Positions 10,187 to 21,664 of a stretch of DNA of 64,000 nucleotides are shown one piece after another. Position 1 is the first letter of the stretch; each line of letters begins with the position of its first letter. Below the pieces are notes generated by a model. That model was not told where the DNA came from and did not search any database. It saw only the letters and a list, made by a program, of their open reading frames with translations. The position numbers and the translations under genes are program-made. Origin of the DNA: Deltaproteobacteria bacterium (GTDB lineage: Bacteria; Myxococcota; Kuafuiibacteriia; Kuafuiibacteriales; Kuafuiibacteriaceae); NCBI GenBank assembly GCA_040218735.1, contig JAVJQW010000018.1, positions 224,001 through 288,000 of the forward strand, in the 5' to 3' direction.

Positions 10187-11512
10187 CTACCAGGAAGCCT
10201 GCGAAGCCGTGCGCTTCATCGCCTGGCGGACGCGCGACTTCCGGACCTCTTCGAAGTTCTCGACGATCGCTTCGCAGAACTGCGCGGTCGTGAGCGTCGC
10301 AACGTCGTCCTGGATGAAGCTCGCGAGGTCCGGCGTGACCTTCTTGTCGGAGATCGTCTTGATGAGCGCGTTGGTCACCAGCTCCGCCGAGTCCTTCCAC
10401 CCGAGGTGGTCGAACAGCATCACACCGCAGAGGAGCACCGACGTGGGGTTCTCTTCCTCGGCCTCGCCAATCTTGGGGAGGAGGTGGTGCGTCGACTCGA
10501 AGATCGCCGCCTTCGCGCCGACGTACGCCTGCGGTGCGAGCCCGATCTGACCGACCATCGCGAGGCCCATCTGCTCGATGTAGTGCCCGTTGAGGTTGGT
10601 GGTCGCGACGATGTCGAACTGGTCCGGCTTCAGCAGCATCTGCTGGAAGAACTTGTCCGTCGAACGGTCCCGGATCACGACGCGGCCGCGCGGCGGCTCG
10701 CCGTCGTGCTCCTCCATCACTTCCTTCTCGGTGACGGTGTACTCGCCGAACTCCTTGCGCGCGATCTCGTAGCCCCAGTCGCGGAAGAAACCTTCCGTGT
10801 GGCGCATGATCGAGCCCTTGTGCACGAACGTGACGGAGCGCTTCTTGTGTTTGATTGCGTACTCGATCGCGAGGCGGATGAGCCGCTTCGTCGCCGTCGC
10901 GCTGATCGGCTTGATGCCGATGCTCGAGTCCGGCCGGACCTTCTTGTCGATCTTCTTGCCGAGGTCGTCGTTCAGGATGCCGATGAGCTGCTTGGCCTCC
11001 GGCGACCCCTTCTTCCACTCCATCTCCGCGAAGACGTCCTCGGTGTGCTCGCGGAAGACGAGGATGTCGAGGCCGTGCGGATCCTCGAGGGGCGTCGGCG
11101 CACCGTCGAGGTGATGGATCGGCATGAGGTGCGCGAACAGGTCGAGACGATCGAAGAACGCTTCGTCGAGCGAAGCGCCACCGACGGGCGTCGTCAGCGG
11201 ACCCTTGATGCAGACCTTGTACTCCTGCACGGCGCGCACGGTGTCTTCGGGCAGCCGCTGGGCGGGGCCGTACACTTCGACCGCGCGCTCACCCGCGAAG
11301 ACCTCCAGCCACTCGAGGCGCTTCGCGTTTGCGTAGCAGCGCTCCACGGCGAGGTCGAACACCTCTTGGACGGGCCCCCAGATCTCCGTGCTGATCCCCT
11401 CCCCCTGAATGAACGGAACGATCGGGTCGTCGGGGACCTGAAGCTGACCATTCTTCGCGACCGTGATCTTCGAGCCGCGCTTGGGGGGTGTGATCTTGAG
11501 ATACTTGCCCAT
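10187..11512 (-). CDS. icd: E. coli-type NADP isocitrate dehydrogenase homolog with degenerate active site
   Basis: Full-length colinear with IDH (IKGPLTTPVGG, GIKPIS, VHKGSIM, WGYEIA, NLNG) but key residues are substituted (see findings). Confidence 0.85.
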   Translation of the reverse strand: MGKYLKITPPKRGSKITVAKNGQLQVPDDPIVPFIQGEGISTEIWGPVQEVFDLAVERCYANAKRLEWLEVFAGERAVEVYGPAQRLPEDTVRAVQEYKVCIKGPLTTPVGGASLDEAFFDRLDLFAHLMPIHHLDGAPTPLEDPHGLDILVFREHTEDVFAEMEWKKGSPEAKQLIGILNDDLGKKIDKKVRPDSSIGIKPISATATKRLIRLAIEYAIKHKKRSVTFVHKGSIMRHTEGFFRDWGYEIARKEFGEYTVTEKEVMEEHDGEPPRGRVVIRDRSTDKFFQQMLLKPDQFDIVATTNLNGHYIEQMGLAMVGQIGLAPQAYVGAKAAIFESTHHLLPKIGEAEEENPTSVLLCGVMLFDHLGWKDSAELVTNALIKTISDKKVTPDLASFIQDDVATLTTAQFCEAIVENFEEVRKSRVRQAMKRTASQASW

Positions 11513-11756
11513 CGGGCGTTGCGATCTACCAAGCCCACCAGAATCTGCAACCCAAAAGACGGCGCGATCGCGGCTGTATTTTTGTCTGGAATGTGATACG
11601 GCCTCGGCCTTTTTCCCGGCGCGGATCTCGTTCGCCCCGTCCGCACAACGTTTGGTGCGATCCGATCAGTATCCTGCGGTCTACGATCCACACCCGGAGG
11701 ACGGGCGTTTTCCCGATGGGGCAGGCGTCCGATCGCCGCAAGGCCCGAGTTGGACC

Positions 11757-12920
11757 TCAGAACAGGTGGTTCATGTGGGGCCCGCGCGGCACGAACAGCT
11801 GCTCCGCGCGGGTGATCGCGGCGTCGCTCCCCGACAGTCCTCCCATCGCGCGGAGCGTCGTCGCGGAGCGGTAACCACAGAACAACGTCGCGAACGTTCG
11901 CGCGTCCGTTCGCACCACGTGCTCGCCGCGGTAACGCGACACCGAAGCACGTCCGTCCTCCACGTGCAGCGTGTACACGCCGGCGTTGCCGCCCACGTGT
12001 TCGTCCTCCACTTCGAACGTCAGCGCACCGCGCACACCCTCCGGATAGCCGCGCGCCTCGAGCGCCTTCGCGACGTGCGTGAGGCGGAGCATCCACGTCA
12101 TGTCGAGCTTCACCTCGTAGTGGTGCTCCGGCCACAGACCGAGGAACGGATCACTCGGCGGCGCCGCCCAGGACAGCTGCTTCACGAAGCTGCGGTGCGT
12201 GAAGAAGAAGTCGAGCAGGCGTCGGTGCGCGTCGGGTGTCGTCGCGACGAGGTCCGTGAGCTCGAAGTCGTGCAGCACACCCGACGCGGTCTTCTTGAAG
12301 ACGGTGTAGCCGACGAGCGCGCCGTCCTCTTCCACGACGAAGCGCTCCGTCCGTTCGAAGCGCGGCGAGAAGATCCGCGACCACACGTAGGGCCCGCGCC
12401 TCAGGTTGCCGTCGTCGCGACGCACCCGCTCCTCGAGCGCCTTCATCGCCGGCACGTCCGCGTCCGTCGCTTCGCGCAAGCTCGCCTTCGATTCGAATCG
12501 CCGTAGACCGTCGGTCTTCGCGCGCACCGCGAACAGGTCGCCGGCGAGGCCGTAACCGACGCGCCGGTACAGGCCGACGGTCGCGGGGTACAGCGTCGAG
12601 ACCGGGACGCCCTCCTCGTGAAGCTCGCGGCACAGGCCGACCATCAGCTGCTTCGCGAGGCCTCGCCCGCGGTGCGCCGGCGCGACGCCCACCCCCGCGA
12701 CGCCGCAGTTGTCGAGCGCGCGCCCGCCGAACCAGATGCCCTGCGGGATGCGGAGCAGGCACGCCTCGACGTCGCTCCCGGTGGCGATGACGCGCAACGT
12801 CTCGCGCCCGGCGCGCTCCAGCCAGCCCTCCGCCATCTCGACGTCGACGTTGAACGTGTACGCCATGACCTCGAGGAGGCGTTCGATGTGGCGGTCTTCG
12901 AGGGGCTGGTAGGTCGACAC
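11757..12920 (-). CDS. Eis-like GNAT acetyltransferase with C-terminal SCP2-like domain
   Basis: VAGVGVAPAHRGRGLA, STLYPA...LYRRVGY; start placed at GTG 12920. Confidence 0.88.
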   Translation of the reverse strand: MSTYQPLEDRHIERLLEVMAYTFNVDVEMAEGWLERAGRETLRVIATGSDVEACLLRIPQGIWFGGRALDNCGVAGVGVAPAHRGRGLAKQLMVGLCRELHEEGVPVSTLYPATVGLYRRVGYGLAGDLFAVRAKTDGLRRFESKASLREATDADVPAMKALEERVRRDDGNLRRGPYVWSRIFSPRFERTERFVVEEDGALVGYTVFKKTASGVLHDFELTDLVATTPDAHRRLLDFFFTHRSFVKQLSWAAPPSDPFLGLWPEHHYEVKLDMTWMLRLTHVAKALEARGYPEGVRGALTFEVEDEHVGGNAGVYTLHVEDGRASVSRYRGEHVVRTDARTFATLFCGYRSATTLRAMGGLSGSDAAITRAEQLFVPRGPHMNHLF

Positions 12921-12999
12921 GGCGGCGCAGTAGGCAACGGGCCCACCGCGTTGGCAATGCCGTGTTCTGACTTCGCGGTCGCGAGACCACACAAACCTC

Positions 13000-13043
13000 G
13001 ATCTTTTTTGCGCGCGGTCGGCGCGGCGCGAAAGGGGAGTCGT
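13000..13043 (+). promoter_or_regulatory. Putative ECF promoter, copy 1
   Basis: GATC-T6-GCGCGCG-N13-GAAAGGGG-AGT-CGT; matches the copy at 17644-17688 with identical spacing after the T-tract. Confidence 0.6.
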
Positions 13044-13071
13044 GGTGAAAGGAACGAACGCCGGCTGAGCG

Positions 13072-13731
13072 ATGGTTGCTCTGGCCCATCGGTTGCTCGA
13101 CCGCCCGCCTCGACCTACCGTCGATGCCCCGGTGAACGATACGGGGGACGCGGCCACGATGCAGGCCAACGAGGGCCTCGCCGAAGGGCGCCCGGAGGCG
13201 TTCGAGCGGGTGTATCGCGCCGAGCTGCGCGCCGTGATGCTCACGCTCGTGGCCGGGTTCCACTACCGCTCCGCGGGGGCGTCGAAGTACCTGCGCGTCG
13301 ACAGCGCGAGTGACGCCGAGGAGATCTGCCAAGAGGCGTTCGCGCAGTTCTTCGCGCAGTGTCGCCGCGGCCGCTTCGACCCGTCGCGGCCGGTGCGTCC
13401 CTACCTACGGCGCATCACGATGAACATCGCGCTGAGGAAGATGGGGCGCCTGTCGCGCGAGGTGCCGACCGAGCTCGTCGACATCGGACCGGCGCCCGAG
13501 CAGGACACCGTCGAGCAACGCGAGCGGGCCGCGCTCCTCAGCGAGTTCAAGGGCCGGCTCGACGACGAAGAACGTGAAGTCATGTCGCTGTACTTCGAGG
13601 CCTCCGGGGCGACGCAGGCCGAGGTCGGCAAGAAGATCGGACGCTCGCGTGACCACGTGTACCGGGTCGCGATGCGGATCCGACAGCAGGCGAAGGAGTT
13701 CTTCGCCGCAAAGGGGTGGTTCGATGAATGA
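13072..13731 (+). CDS. ECF-type RNA polymerase sigma factor
   Basis: Region 2 DAEEICQEAF...PYLRRITMN; region 4 LDDEEREVMSLYF...TQAEVGKKIGRSRDHV. The true start may be a downstream GTG/ATG. Confidence 0.85.
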   Translation: MVALAHRLLDRPPRPTVDAPVNDTGDAATMQANEGLAEGRPEAFERVYRAELRAVMLTLVAGFHYRSAGASKYLRVDSASDAEEICQEAFAQFFAQCRRGRFDPSRPVRPYLRRITMNIALRKMGRLSREVPTELVDIGPAPEQDTVEQRERAALLSEFKGRLDDEEREVMSLYFEASGATQAEVGKKIGRSRDHVYRVAMRIRQQAKEFFAAKGWFDE

Positions 13732-14503
13732 CCACGAAGCGCGCGCGCTCATCGATCGGCAGTTCGAGCAGGGCGTCCTCCCGCCGGACGACGCGCTACG
13801 GCTGCGCGAGCACCTCGCTTCCTCGCCGGACGCGCGCGCCTACTACGACGCGCACGTTCGTCTGGAGCGAACGCTGGAGGGCGACGACGTCCCGGACGCG
13901 CAGCTCGCCCGCCTGGAGGCGCTCGGGCCTCCGGCGCCCGCCGACGCCCTCGACGACTCGGCGCCGAAGCGGCGGGCGCCCTACGCGCTCGGGGGGATCG
14001 GCGCGGTGCTCGCGGTCGCGGCGAGCGTCGCCATCGTGGCGCTCATCGACGACGGCGAGGTGCGCACGCGGGGCGGTCCGGCGTCGGGCGCCAAGGCGTG
14101 GATCAACGTCTTCGCCGCGTCGGGCGACGCGGTTCGCCCGCTCACCGACGGCGCGACGGTCGCGAAGGACAGCGGCCTGTTGTTCTCCTACTCCGCGCTA
14201 CGCGACGCGCCGTTTCGCTACTTCGCGATCGCGGCGCGTGACGAGTCGGGGCGGGTGTACTGGTTCCATCCTGCGTTCGTGGAGGACGTGAGCCCCAAGA
14301 GCCTCGCGCTCGACGTCGGTGTCGCCGACCGCGAGCTGACCGAGCGGGTGTTCGTCGACTGGTCGCCGGGTCGCGCCCGGATCTGTGCCATCTTCACGCG
14401 GGAGGCGCTCATGATCGCAGAGGTGGACGCGAGGCTCGAACGGGACGGCCGTTGGCCGGACGGCGCGCAGCTCGACTGCCACGACGTGAAGGTGACACCT
14501 TGA
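13724..14503 (+). CDS. Putative single-TM anti-sigma factor with extracytoplasmic Ig/DUF4384-like domain
   Basis: Overlaps the sigma stop; N-terminal LREHLASSPDARAYY (ZAS-like but lacking Cys), TM helix, RTRGG, beta-rich C-terminal domain. Confidence 0.7.
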   Translation: MNDHEARALIDRQFEQGVLPPDDALRLREHLASSPDARAYYDAHVRLERTLEGDDVPDAQLARLEALGPPAPADALDDSAPKRRAPYALGGIGAVLAVAASVAIVALIDDGEVRTRGGPASGAKAWINVFAASGDAVRPLTDGATVAKDSGLLFSYSALRDAPFRYFAIAARDESGRVYWFHPAFVEDVSPKSLALDVGVADRELTERVFVDWSPGRARICAIFTREALMIAEVDARLERDGRWPDGAQLDCHDVKVTP

Positions 14504-15917
14504 CGCCCGGGGCGCTCGCCGTCGTCGCGCTGCTTGCCGCCGCGCCGAAGTACGTCGTCGTCATCGGCCACAACGCGAGTGATCGTCCCCAGCGCGGCGC
14601 GCTGCGGTACGCCGACGACGACGCCGCGCGGTTCTACGAGCTCCTCTCGATGGGCAGCACCGAGAGCTACTTGTTCACGAGCTTCGACACCGAATCGCAG
14701 GAGCTCTTCGACGGCCTCCGCCCCGTCGCGCGTGTCCCGCGCAAGGACGACGTGATGGCCGCCTTCGCGAACATCCGCGCGGGCATCGAAGCGAACCGCG
14801 ACGCGGAGGTGTACTTCTTCTACGCGGGGCACGGCGACATCGAAGACGGCGTCGGCTACCTCACGCTCGCGGACGGTCGCCTCACCCGCGACGACTTCAG
14901 CGACGCGCTCCTGAAGGCCGGCGCGGCGCGCACGCACGTGATCGTCGACGCGTGTAAATCGTACTTCTTCGTCGCGGGGCGCGGGCGCGGGGGGCGCCGC
15001 GTCCCGCAGACCACGCCGTTCGCGGGACCGGAGCGGCTCCCGGGCGTGGGGTACGTGCTTTCGACGAGCAGCGACGCCGACTCCCACGAGTGGTCGGCGT
15101 TCAACGGCGGCATCTTCTCGCACGAGGTGCGGAGTGGTCTGGTCGGCGGCGCGGACGCCAACCACGACGGTACCGTCGACTACCAAGAGCTCGGCGCCTT
15201 CGTCGCGCTCGCGAACGCCTCGGTGCCGTCGCCTGCGTTCCGCCCGGACGTCTACGTGCGCGCGCCGCCCGACGAGGACGACGCGACGATCTTCTCGCCC
15301 GCGGACCTGACGTCGACGCTGACCGTGGAGCTCGCGATGACCGACACCGGGCGCGTGATGGTGCACGACCAACGCGGCCTGCGATACGCCGACGCGAACA
15401 AGGCGGGGGAGGCGCCGCTGCGGATCACGTTGCTGCAGCCGTGGCGCTACGAGGTTCGGGTGGGCGGGCGTCACTACGACGTCGACCCCGGCCAAGGGGA
15501 GGTGCGGCTCGCCGAGCTGACACCGAGCACCGAGATGCTCGCGGCGCGGGGCGAAGCGCACCGAGCGTTCGAGCACCTCTTCGCGACCGCGTTCTCCGAG
15601 GACGTCGTGCTCGGCTACGGGCTGCGTCCGCCGGATCCGGGGGAGGTTCGGATCATCGAGAAGGAGAAGATCGTCGAGCGCATCACGGCGACGCCCCCGC
15701 CTCCGTCGAACCCGTGGCCGGCGGCGCTCACGGGGGGCGGCGCGGCGCTGCTCGCGTCCGGGGTGATCGTCGCGGGGCTCGCGGTCTCGGCGCGCTCCGA
15801 GCTCGCGGAGGCGTCGCAGCAGGACCTCGCTTCGATCGACGCGCGCGCCGACGCGCTGGAGGTCGGCGCGGGGGTGCTGTTCGGCGTGGGTGCGAGCGCG
15901 GCGATTACGGGGGTGGT

Positions 15918-15936
<19 letters not shown>
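14500..15936 (+). CDS. Exported caspase-family (C14) protease with C-terminal membrane anchor
   Basis: Signal peptide, LRYADDDA, FYAGHG (catalytic His), VDACKS (catalytic Cys), SHEW...GGIFSH...GLVGGADANHDG; C-terminal hydrophobic helices; TTG start overlaps the upstream TGA. Confidence 0.88.
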
Positions 15937-17636
<1,700 letters not shown>

Positions 17637-17643
17637 CTCCGTA

Positions 17644-17688
17644 GATCTTTTTTTGCGCACGCGGACCCCGCCCGGAAATGGGGTGCGT
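17644..17688 (+). promoter_or_regulatory. Putative ECF promoter, copy 2
   Basis: GATC-T7-GCGCACG-N13-GAAATGGG-GTG-CGT, 4 nt before ATG 17693. Confidence 0.6.
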
Positions 17689-17692
17689 TCGC

Positions 17693-18313
17693 ATGGCGAC
17701 CCCCAAACATCTTCGACGTCTCATCGTCCTCGCCGCCGCCGCGCTCGGCGTCGCCGCGGGGACCTACCGGCCGAGTGAAGCGCCCGCCGAGGTGGCTCAG
17801 GTGGTCGAGCACGAACACGAGGCTCTCGTCCCGTCGCAGCCGGTTCGTCGCGCGGCGAAGGTCGAAGCCGTGACCGCGGCGCGCACGCATGTTCCGTGTC
17901 GTGCGGCGGACGAGTGGCAGGGCATGAAGCTCGACGACGCCGTCGCGTTGCAGTGCGGCTCGACGGAGCACTGCGGCCTCGCGCGCGCCTGCATCGACGG
18001 CCTGTGCGTCGGCTGCAGCGCGGACGCCGAGTGTCTGTCGAGCGAGGCCTGCGTCCTCGAACACTGCGTCCCGCAGGCAAACGTCGAGTGCACGAGCCGC
18101 CGCGAGTGCGGCGTCGACGAGCTGTGCATGCTCACCGGGTACTCGACCGGCCCCCGGAACAACGACGCGATGCGCGCGACCTGTCGCGCGACGTCCGGCG
18201 GCGTCGAAGACGAGGCCGCAGACGAAGCGCCGCGCGCGGCCGCGTACCACCCCGCTCCCATCGAAACCGCCTCGATCGTCGAGGCCCTTGAACCCAACGA
18301 GGAGAACCCATGA
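17693..18313 (+). CDS. Secreted Cys-rich repeat protein
   Basis: Signal/anchor helix; tandem C-x5-C-x5-C modules (CGSTEHCGLARACIDGLC, CSADAECLSSEACVLEHC, CTSRRECGVDELC). Confidence 0.7.
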   Translation: MATPKHLRRLIVLAAAALGVAAGTYRPSEAPAEVAQVVEHEHEALVPSQPVRRAAKVEAVTAARTHVPCRAADEWQGMKLDDAVALQCGSTEHCGLARACIDGLCVGCSADAECLSSEACVLEHCVPQANVECTSRRECGVDELCMLTGYSTGPRNNDAMRATCRATSGGVEDEAADEAPRAAAYHPAPIETASIVEALEPNEENP

Positions 18314-18855
18314 GAACACTGGTCATCCAGGCGGGGCTCGCATTCAGCGTCGCCTTCGCCGTGCCTTCACTGTTCGGCGACACGACGTCGTCATCCCCCG
18401 TCACCGGGACTGTCGAGCCGAAGTCCCTCGACTGCGCCGGAGGCATTGCAGAAGAGATCGGCATCGACGTCGAGGTCCTGCGGGCCAACGGTTCGACGCT
18501 CGACGTCGCCATCGCGCTCCGCCCGAACGATCCGGGTGAGGAAGCGATGCGCGTCGCGTACGGCTACTGGTACGCGGACGATCGCGGTGAGCTCATCGGC
18601 GAGCCGTCCCGGATCTTCCGCGATTCGCTCGAAAAGAACGGCCTCGTGCACCCGCTCACGACGCCGAAGCTGGAGGACGGCTTCTATCTGTTGCAGGTCG
18701 TCGTCGCAGCGGAGGGCGAAGAACAGGTGGTCGAGCGACGCCGCCTCTACCTCGAGGTCGCGAAGGGCGAGGCGTCCGTACTGCACGTCGACGACTGGCA
18801 CGACCGCTCCGACGCGATGCTCGCGCACCACACGCCCGCGAAGGGGGACCTGTAA
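18310..18855 (+). CDS. Secreted hypothetical protein (beta-sandwich-like)
   Basis: ATGA overlap with the upstream gene, GGAG upstream, signal peptide, GC3-biased codons. Confidence 0.7.
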   Translation: MRTLVIQAGLAFSVAFAVPSLFGDTTSSSPVTGTVEPKSLDCAGGIAEEIGIDVEVLRANGSTLDVAIALRPNDPGEEAMRVAYGYWYADDRGELIGEPSRIFRDSLEKNGLVHPLTTPKLEDGFYLLQVVVAAEGEEQVVERRRLYLEVAKGEASVLHVDDWHDRSDAMLAHHTPAKGDL

Positions 18856-20108
18856 TGAAACGCATGATCTTCACGATGACCACACTCGTCGCGAGCCTCT
18901 CCACGGCGGCCGCGTTCGGCGCGACGACCGGGACCGTGTCCGGGAAGCTCCAGTTCTACCAAAACCAAGGCAACTACTGCCCGACGTCGCGCGACTGCAC
19001 GAACGCGCGTTACAAACAGGCCGACTTCGGGACCTTCCAGCCTATTGCAAACGCGTTGGTCTACCTCTTCGATGTGTCCAACGTGGCGATCGGCGCCGGG
19101 ACGACCGACGCGGATGGAGACTTCACGATCAGCTGGTACTCCGTGTCCAACGCGAACCAGGCCTCGGTGCGTTTCTTCTACGAACAGGACGGGCAGCGCT
19201 TCGCGATCCGGAGCAGCGACGGGTCGGTTCGTCAGGCGTACACGCCGGACTTCTCGATCACGAACGGCACGGCGCCGAACAACCCCCAGGCCGTGGGGAC
19301 GTTCTCGTGGGGCTCGTCGGCAAGCCCGAACGAGTACATGAACGTGTACGACGGCGCGGAGAAGATGTGGCGCAAGGCGCTGAAGAACTCCAACGCCATG
19401 CTGTCGTACTTCAACAGCCTCGACGTCTGGGTGAACAGCAACGACTGCAGTACGAGCTGCGCGGACGGCTCGGCCATGGTCGTCAAGCTCGACCCCAACG
19501 CCGAGTTCAAGCCGCAAGCGCGCATCCTGCACGAGATGGGGCACATCGCTTCGTACCTCGCGAGCAACGACCAGAACTATCGCTTCAGTGGAACGTACAA
19601 CTTCCCCGTCCCCAACCAGCAGGCGGGCAACTGGAGCCTGAACACCGCGGAGTGGGGGAGCGTGCAGTTCGAGGAGGGGGTCGCGACGTTCTTCGGGGAC
19701 GCGGCCTTCTACGGCCCGGGGAATCCGACGCCGTTCACCTGCAACAGCACTGGGGTGTGCAACAGCTTCGACACCGAGCTGTCGACGGGGGCAAACAACT
19801 GCGTGGTGAACGAGGATCGTCAGGTCATCTCCGTCGTGCGCTTTCTCAGAGACGCCTTCGACTCCACGAGCGACTGGGCCGGCGACGACGTCCAGCGGCC
19901 GCTGTACGACTTCATCGACACGATCACCGTCGCGGACAACGGTCGCGACGAGGGCGAAAAGAACGAGCCGTGGAGCGTCAGCAACGCAAACGTCCTCGAC
20001 GACGACGACGGGCGCTCCGCGGTCGACTTCCGGCGCCACTTCAAGACACGCACCGGCGTGAGCATCTGGAAGATGTGGAACCGCAACTGCCAGACGGTCG
20101 GTGACTGA
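18855..20108 (+). CDS. Secreted HEXXH zinc metalloprotease-like protein
   Basis: TAATG overlap; signal peptide; ILHEMGH plus downstream QFEEG candidate third ligand; Cys pairs. Confidence 0.75.
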   Translation: MKRMIFTMTTLVASLSTAAAFGATTGTVSGKLQFYQNQGNYCPTSRDCTNARYKQADFGTFQPIANALVYLFDVSNVAIGAGTTDADGDFTISWYSVSNANQASVRFFYEQDGQRFAIRSSDGSVRQAYTPDFSITNGTAPNNPQAVGTFSWGSSASPNEYMNVYDGAEKMWRKALKNSNAMLSYFNSLDVWVNSNDCSTSCADGSAMVVKLDPNAEFKPQARILHEMGHIASYLASNDQNYRFSGTYNFPVPNQQAGNWSLNTAEWGSVQFEEGVATFFGDAAFYGPGNPTPFTCNSTGVCNSFDTELSTGANNCVVNEDRQVISVVRFLRDAFDSTSDWAGDDVQRPLYDFIDTITVADNGRDEGEKNEPWSVSNANVLDDDDGRSAVDFRRHFKTRTGVSIWKMWNRNCQTVGD

Positions 20109-20159
20109 ACCCGCCAGGGACTTGGCCCCATCGGCGCGTCGCAGTAGCCTAGCGCGCCG

Positions 20160-20444
20160 ATGGCGAAGGCTACGTTCAACCAGGTCGTGGTCGCCGAGAG
20201 CGACGCTTGTGAGATGGTCGAGGGCAACCCGTACTTCCCGATCGATTCGGTGAAGCGGGAGCTCCTCGAGCCAGTCGACAAGACGACGTTCTGTCCCTGG
20301 AAGGGGACCGCGAACTACTACGACGTGGTCGTGAACGGTGAACGCGCCGCCGCGGGCGCCTGGTACTACGCGGACCCGAAGCCCGCCGCCGCCAACATCA
20401 AGGGCTACGTGGCGTTCTGGAACGGCGTCGTCGTCGAACCGTAG
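20160..20444 (+). CDS. DUF427 domain protein
   Basis: VEGNPYFP, TFCPWKGTANYY, AWYY.DP, IKGYVAFW. Confidence 0.92.
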   Translation: MAKATFNQVVVAESDACEMVEGNPYFPIDSVKRELLEPVDKTTFCPWKGTANYYDVVVNGERAAAGAWYYADPKPAAANIKGYVAFWNGVVVEP

Positions 20445-20478
20445 CCGCGCGCCGGTGCGCCGTGTTAGGCGCACCGCC

Positions 20479-21642
20479 GTGGGTCGCCGCCTCCTCGCCG
20501 TCGCCGTGCTCCTCAGCACGGGCTGTGTCGCGCACTACGAAGACGCGCTCGGTTACCGCGCGCGGCAGGCTACGTTGCGGCGCGACGTCCCGGCGTTCTC
20601 CGAGCTGATGGCGGAGGCCGCCGACACCCTCCCGAGCCACCCCTACGACAACCCGAAGAAGACGGTGCTCACGCACTTCCTCGACCTCGCGGGCGAGCCG
20701 GGGTTCTTCGAGATGATCGACGCGTGGCGAAAGCGTGAGTGGGTCTCCGAGTACATGACCTGCGCGATCCACCGCGCGCGTTACCGCGGGATGCGCGACA
20801 AGGACTTCGAGGAAGCCACGCGCGCGGCGAACGTCTGCATCGATCAGGCGCGCTCGGCGGCGTACGCGGGCGACCGGTCCTGGGAGCTCGAGGTGTGTCT
20901 GGAGGAGGCGCCGTTCCTCACCGAGACGAGCACCGCCACGCTGCGCCCGTACCTGCTCCTCGCGGCCGACGCGACGGAGCCGCGCACCTTCCGCAAGGGC
21001 GTCGTGTCCGGGATGACGCACCTGTACGTCATGGACGCGTACACCCGGCGCGCGAACGACCCGTCGCTCGACGCCGCGGGTGCGCTCGCGCAGACGGAGC
21101 GCGCAGTGGGGGAGGTCGGCGCGCGGCTCCGGTCGATCCTCGACGTGCTCCGGATCGCGATGGACACCACGCTCCTCGCGGCGGGGTCGGCGTTCGGGGC
21201 CTCGGAGTTGGAGCGTGTGAGCCTGTCGCTCGGGGAGAGCTTCATCGGCACCTTCGCCGACAGCGACCTCGCCGAGGCGCAGGATCTCGCGTGGGCGTGG
21301 GTGCGCTCGATGAAGGTGCGCGAGCGGGACCGCCGGTTGTCGCGGTTGTCGCTGTGGGATCGGCGGCGCGAGCCGAAGTCCGACGCCTACTGGTACCTGT
21401 GCAGCAAACAGCGCGTGGACGAGGTCTTCTCCGTCGCGGACGTGCGCGCGATCAGCGTCCGCGCGACGCAGCGGGTCGAAGATCCGCAGGCCTTCGCGCC
21501 CCTGTGTGTGGGGTACCCGAGCCTGGCGGGACCCTACCCCCTGGAGGCGACCGCGCGGGGGACGTTGACGGCTTCCGTGGCGCGGACTTCGAGCGTGGCG
21601 CGCGTGCGGTTGTCGATCGCGGCACGCAAGACACTGAAGTGA
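20479..21642 (+). CDS. Hypothetical lipoprotein
   Basis: GRRLLAVAVLLSTGC lipobox; helical body; start placed at GTG 20479. Confidence 0.65.
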   Translation: MGRRLLAVAVLLSTGCVAHYEDALGYRARQATLRRDVPAFSELMAEAADTLPSHPYDNPKKTVLTHFLDLAGEPGFFEMIDAWRKREWVSEYMTCAIHRARYRGMRDKDFEEATRAANVCIDQARSAAYAGDRSWELEVCLEEAPFLTETSTATLRPYLLLAADATEPRTFRKGVVSGMTHLYVMDAYTRRANDPSLDAAGALAQTERAVGEVGARLRSILDVLRIAMDTTLLAAGSAFGASELERVSLSLGESFIGTFADSDLAEAQDLAWAWVRSMKVRERDRRLSRLSLWDRRREPKSDAYWYLCSKQRVDEVFSVADVRAISVRATQRVEDPQAFAPLCVGYPSLAGPYPLEATARGTLTASVARTSSVARVRLSIAARKTLK

Positions 21643-21664
21643 AAATCCGCTAGACCGCTCGGCG

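Noticed and set aside
10187-11512. icd as a pseudogene
   Set aside because: No frameshift or internal stop, normal codon bias, and substitutions concentrated on one half-site.
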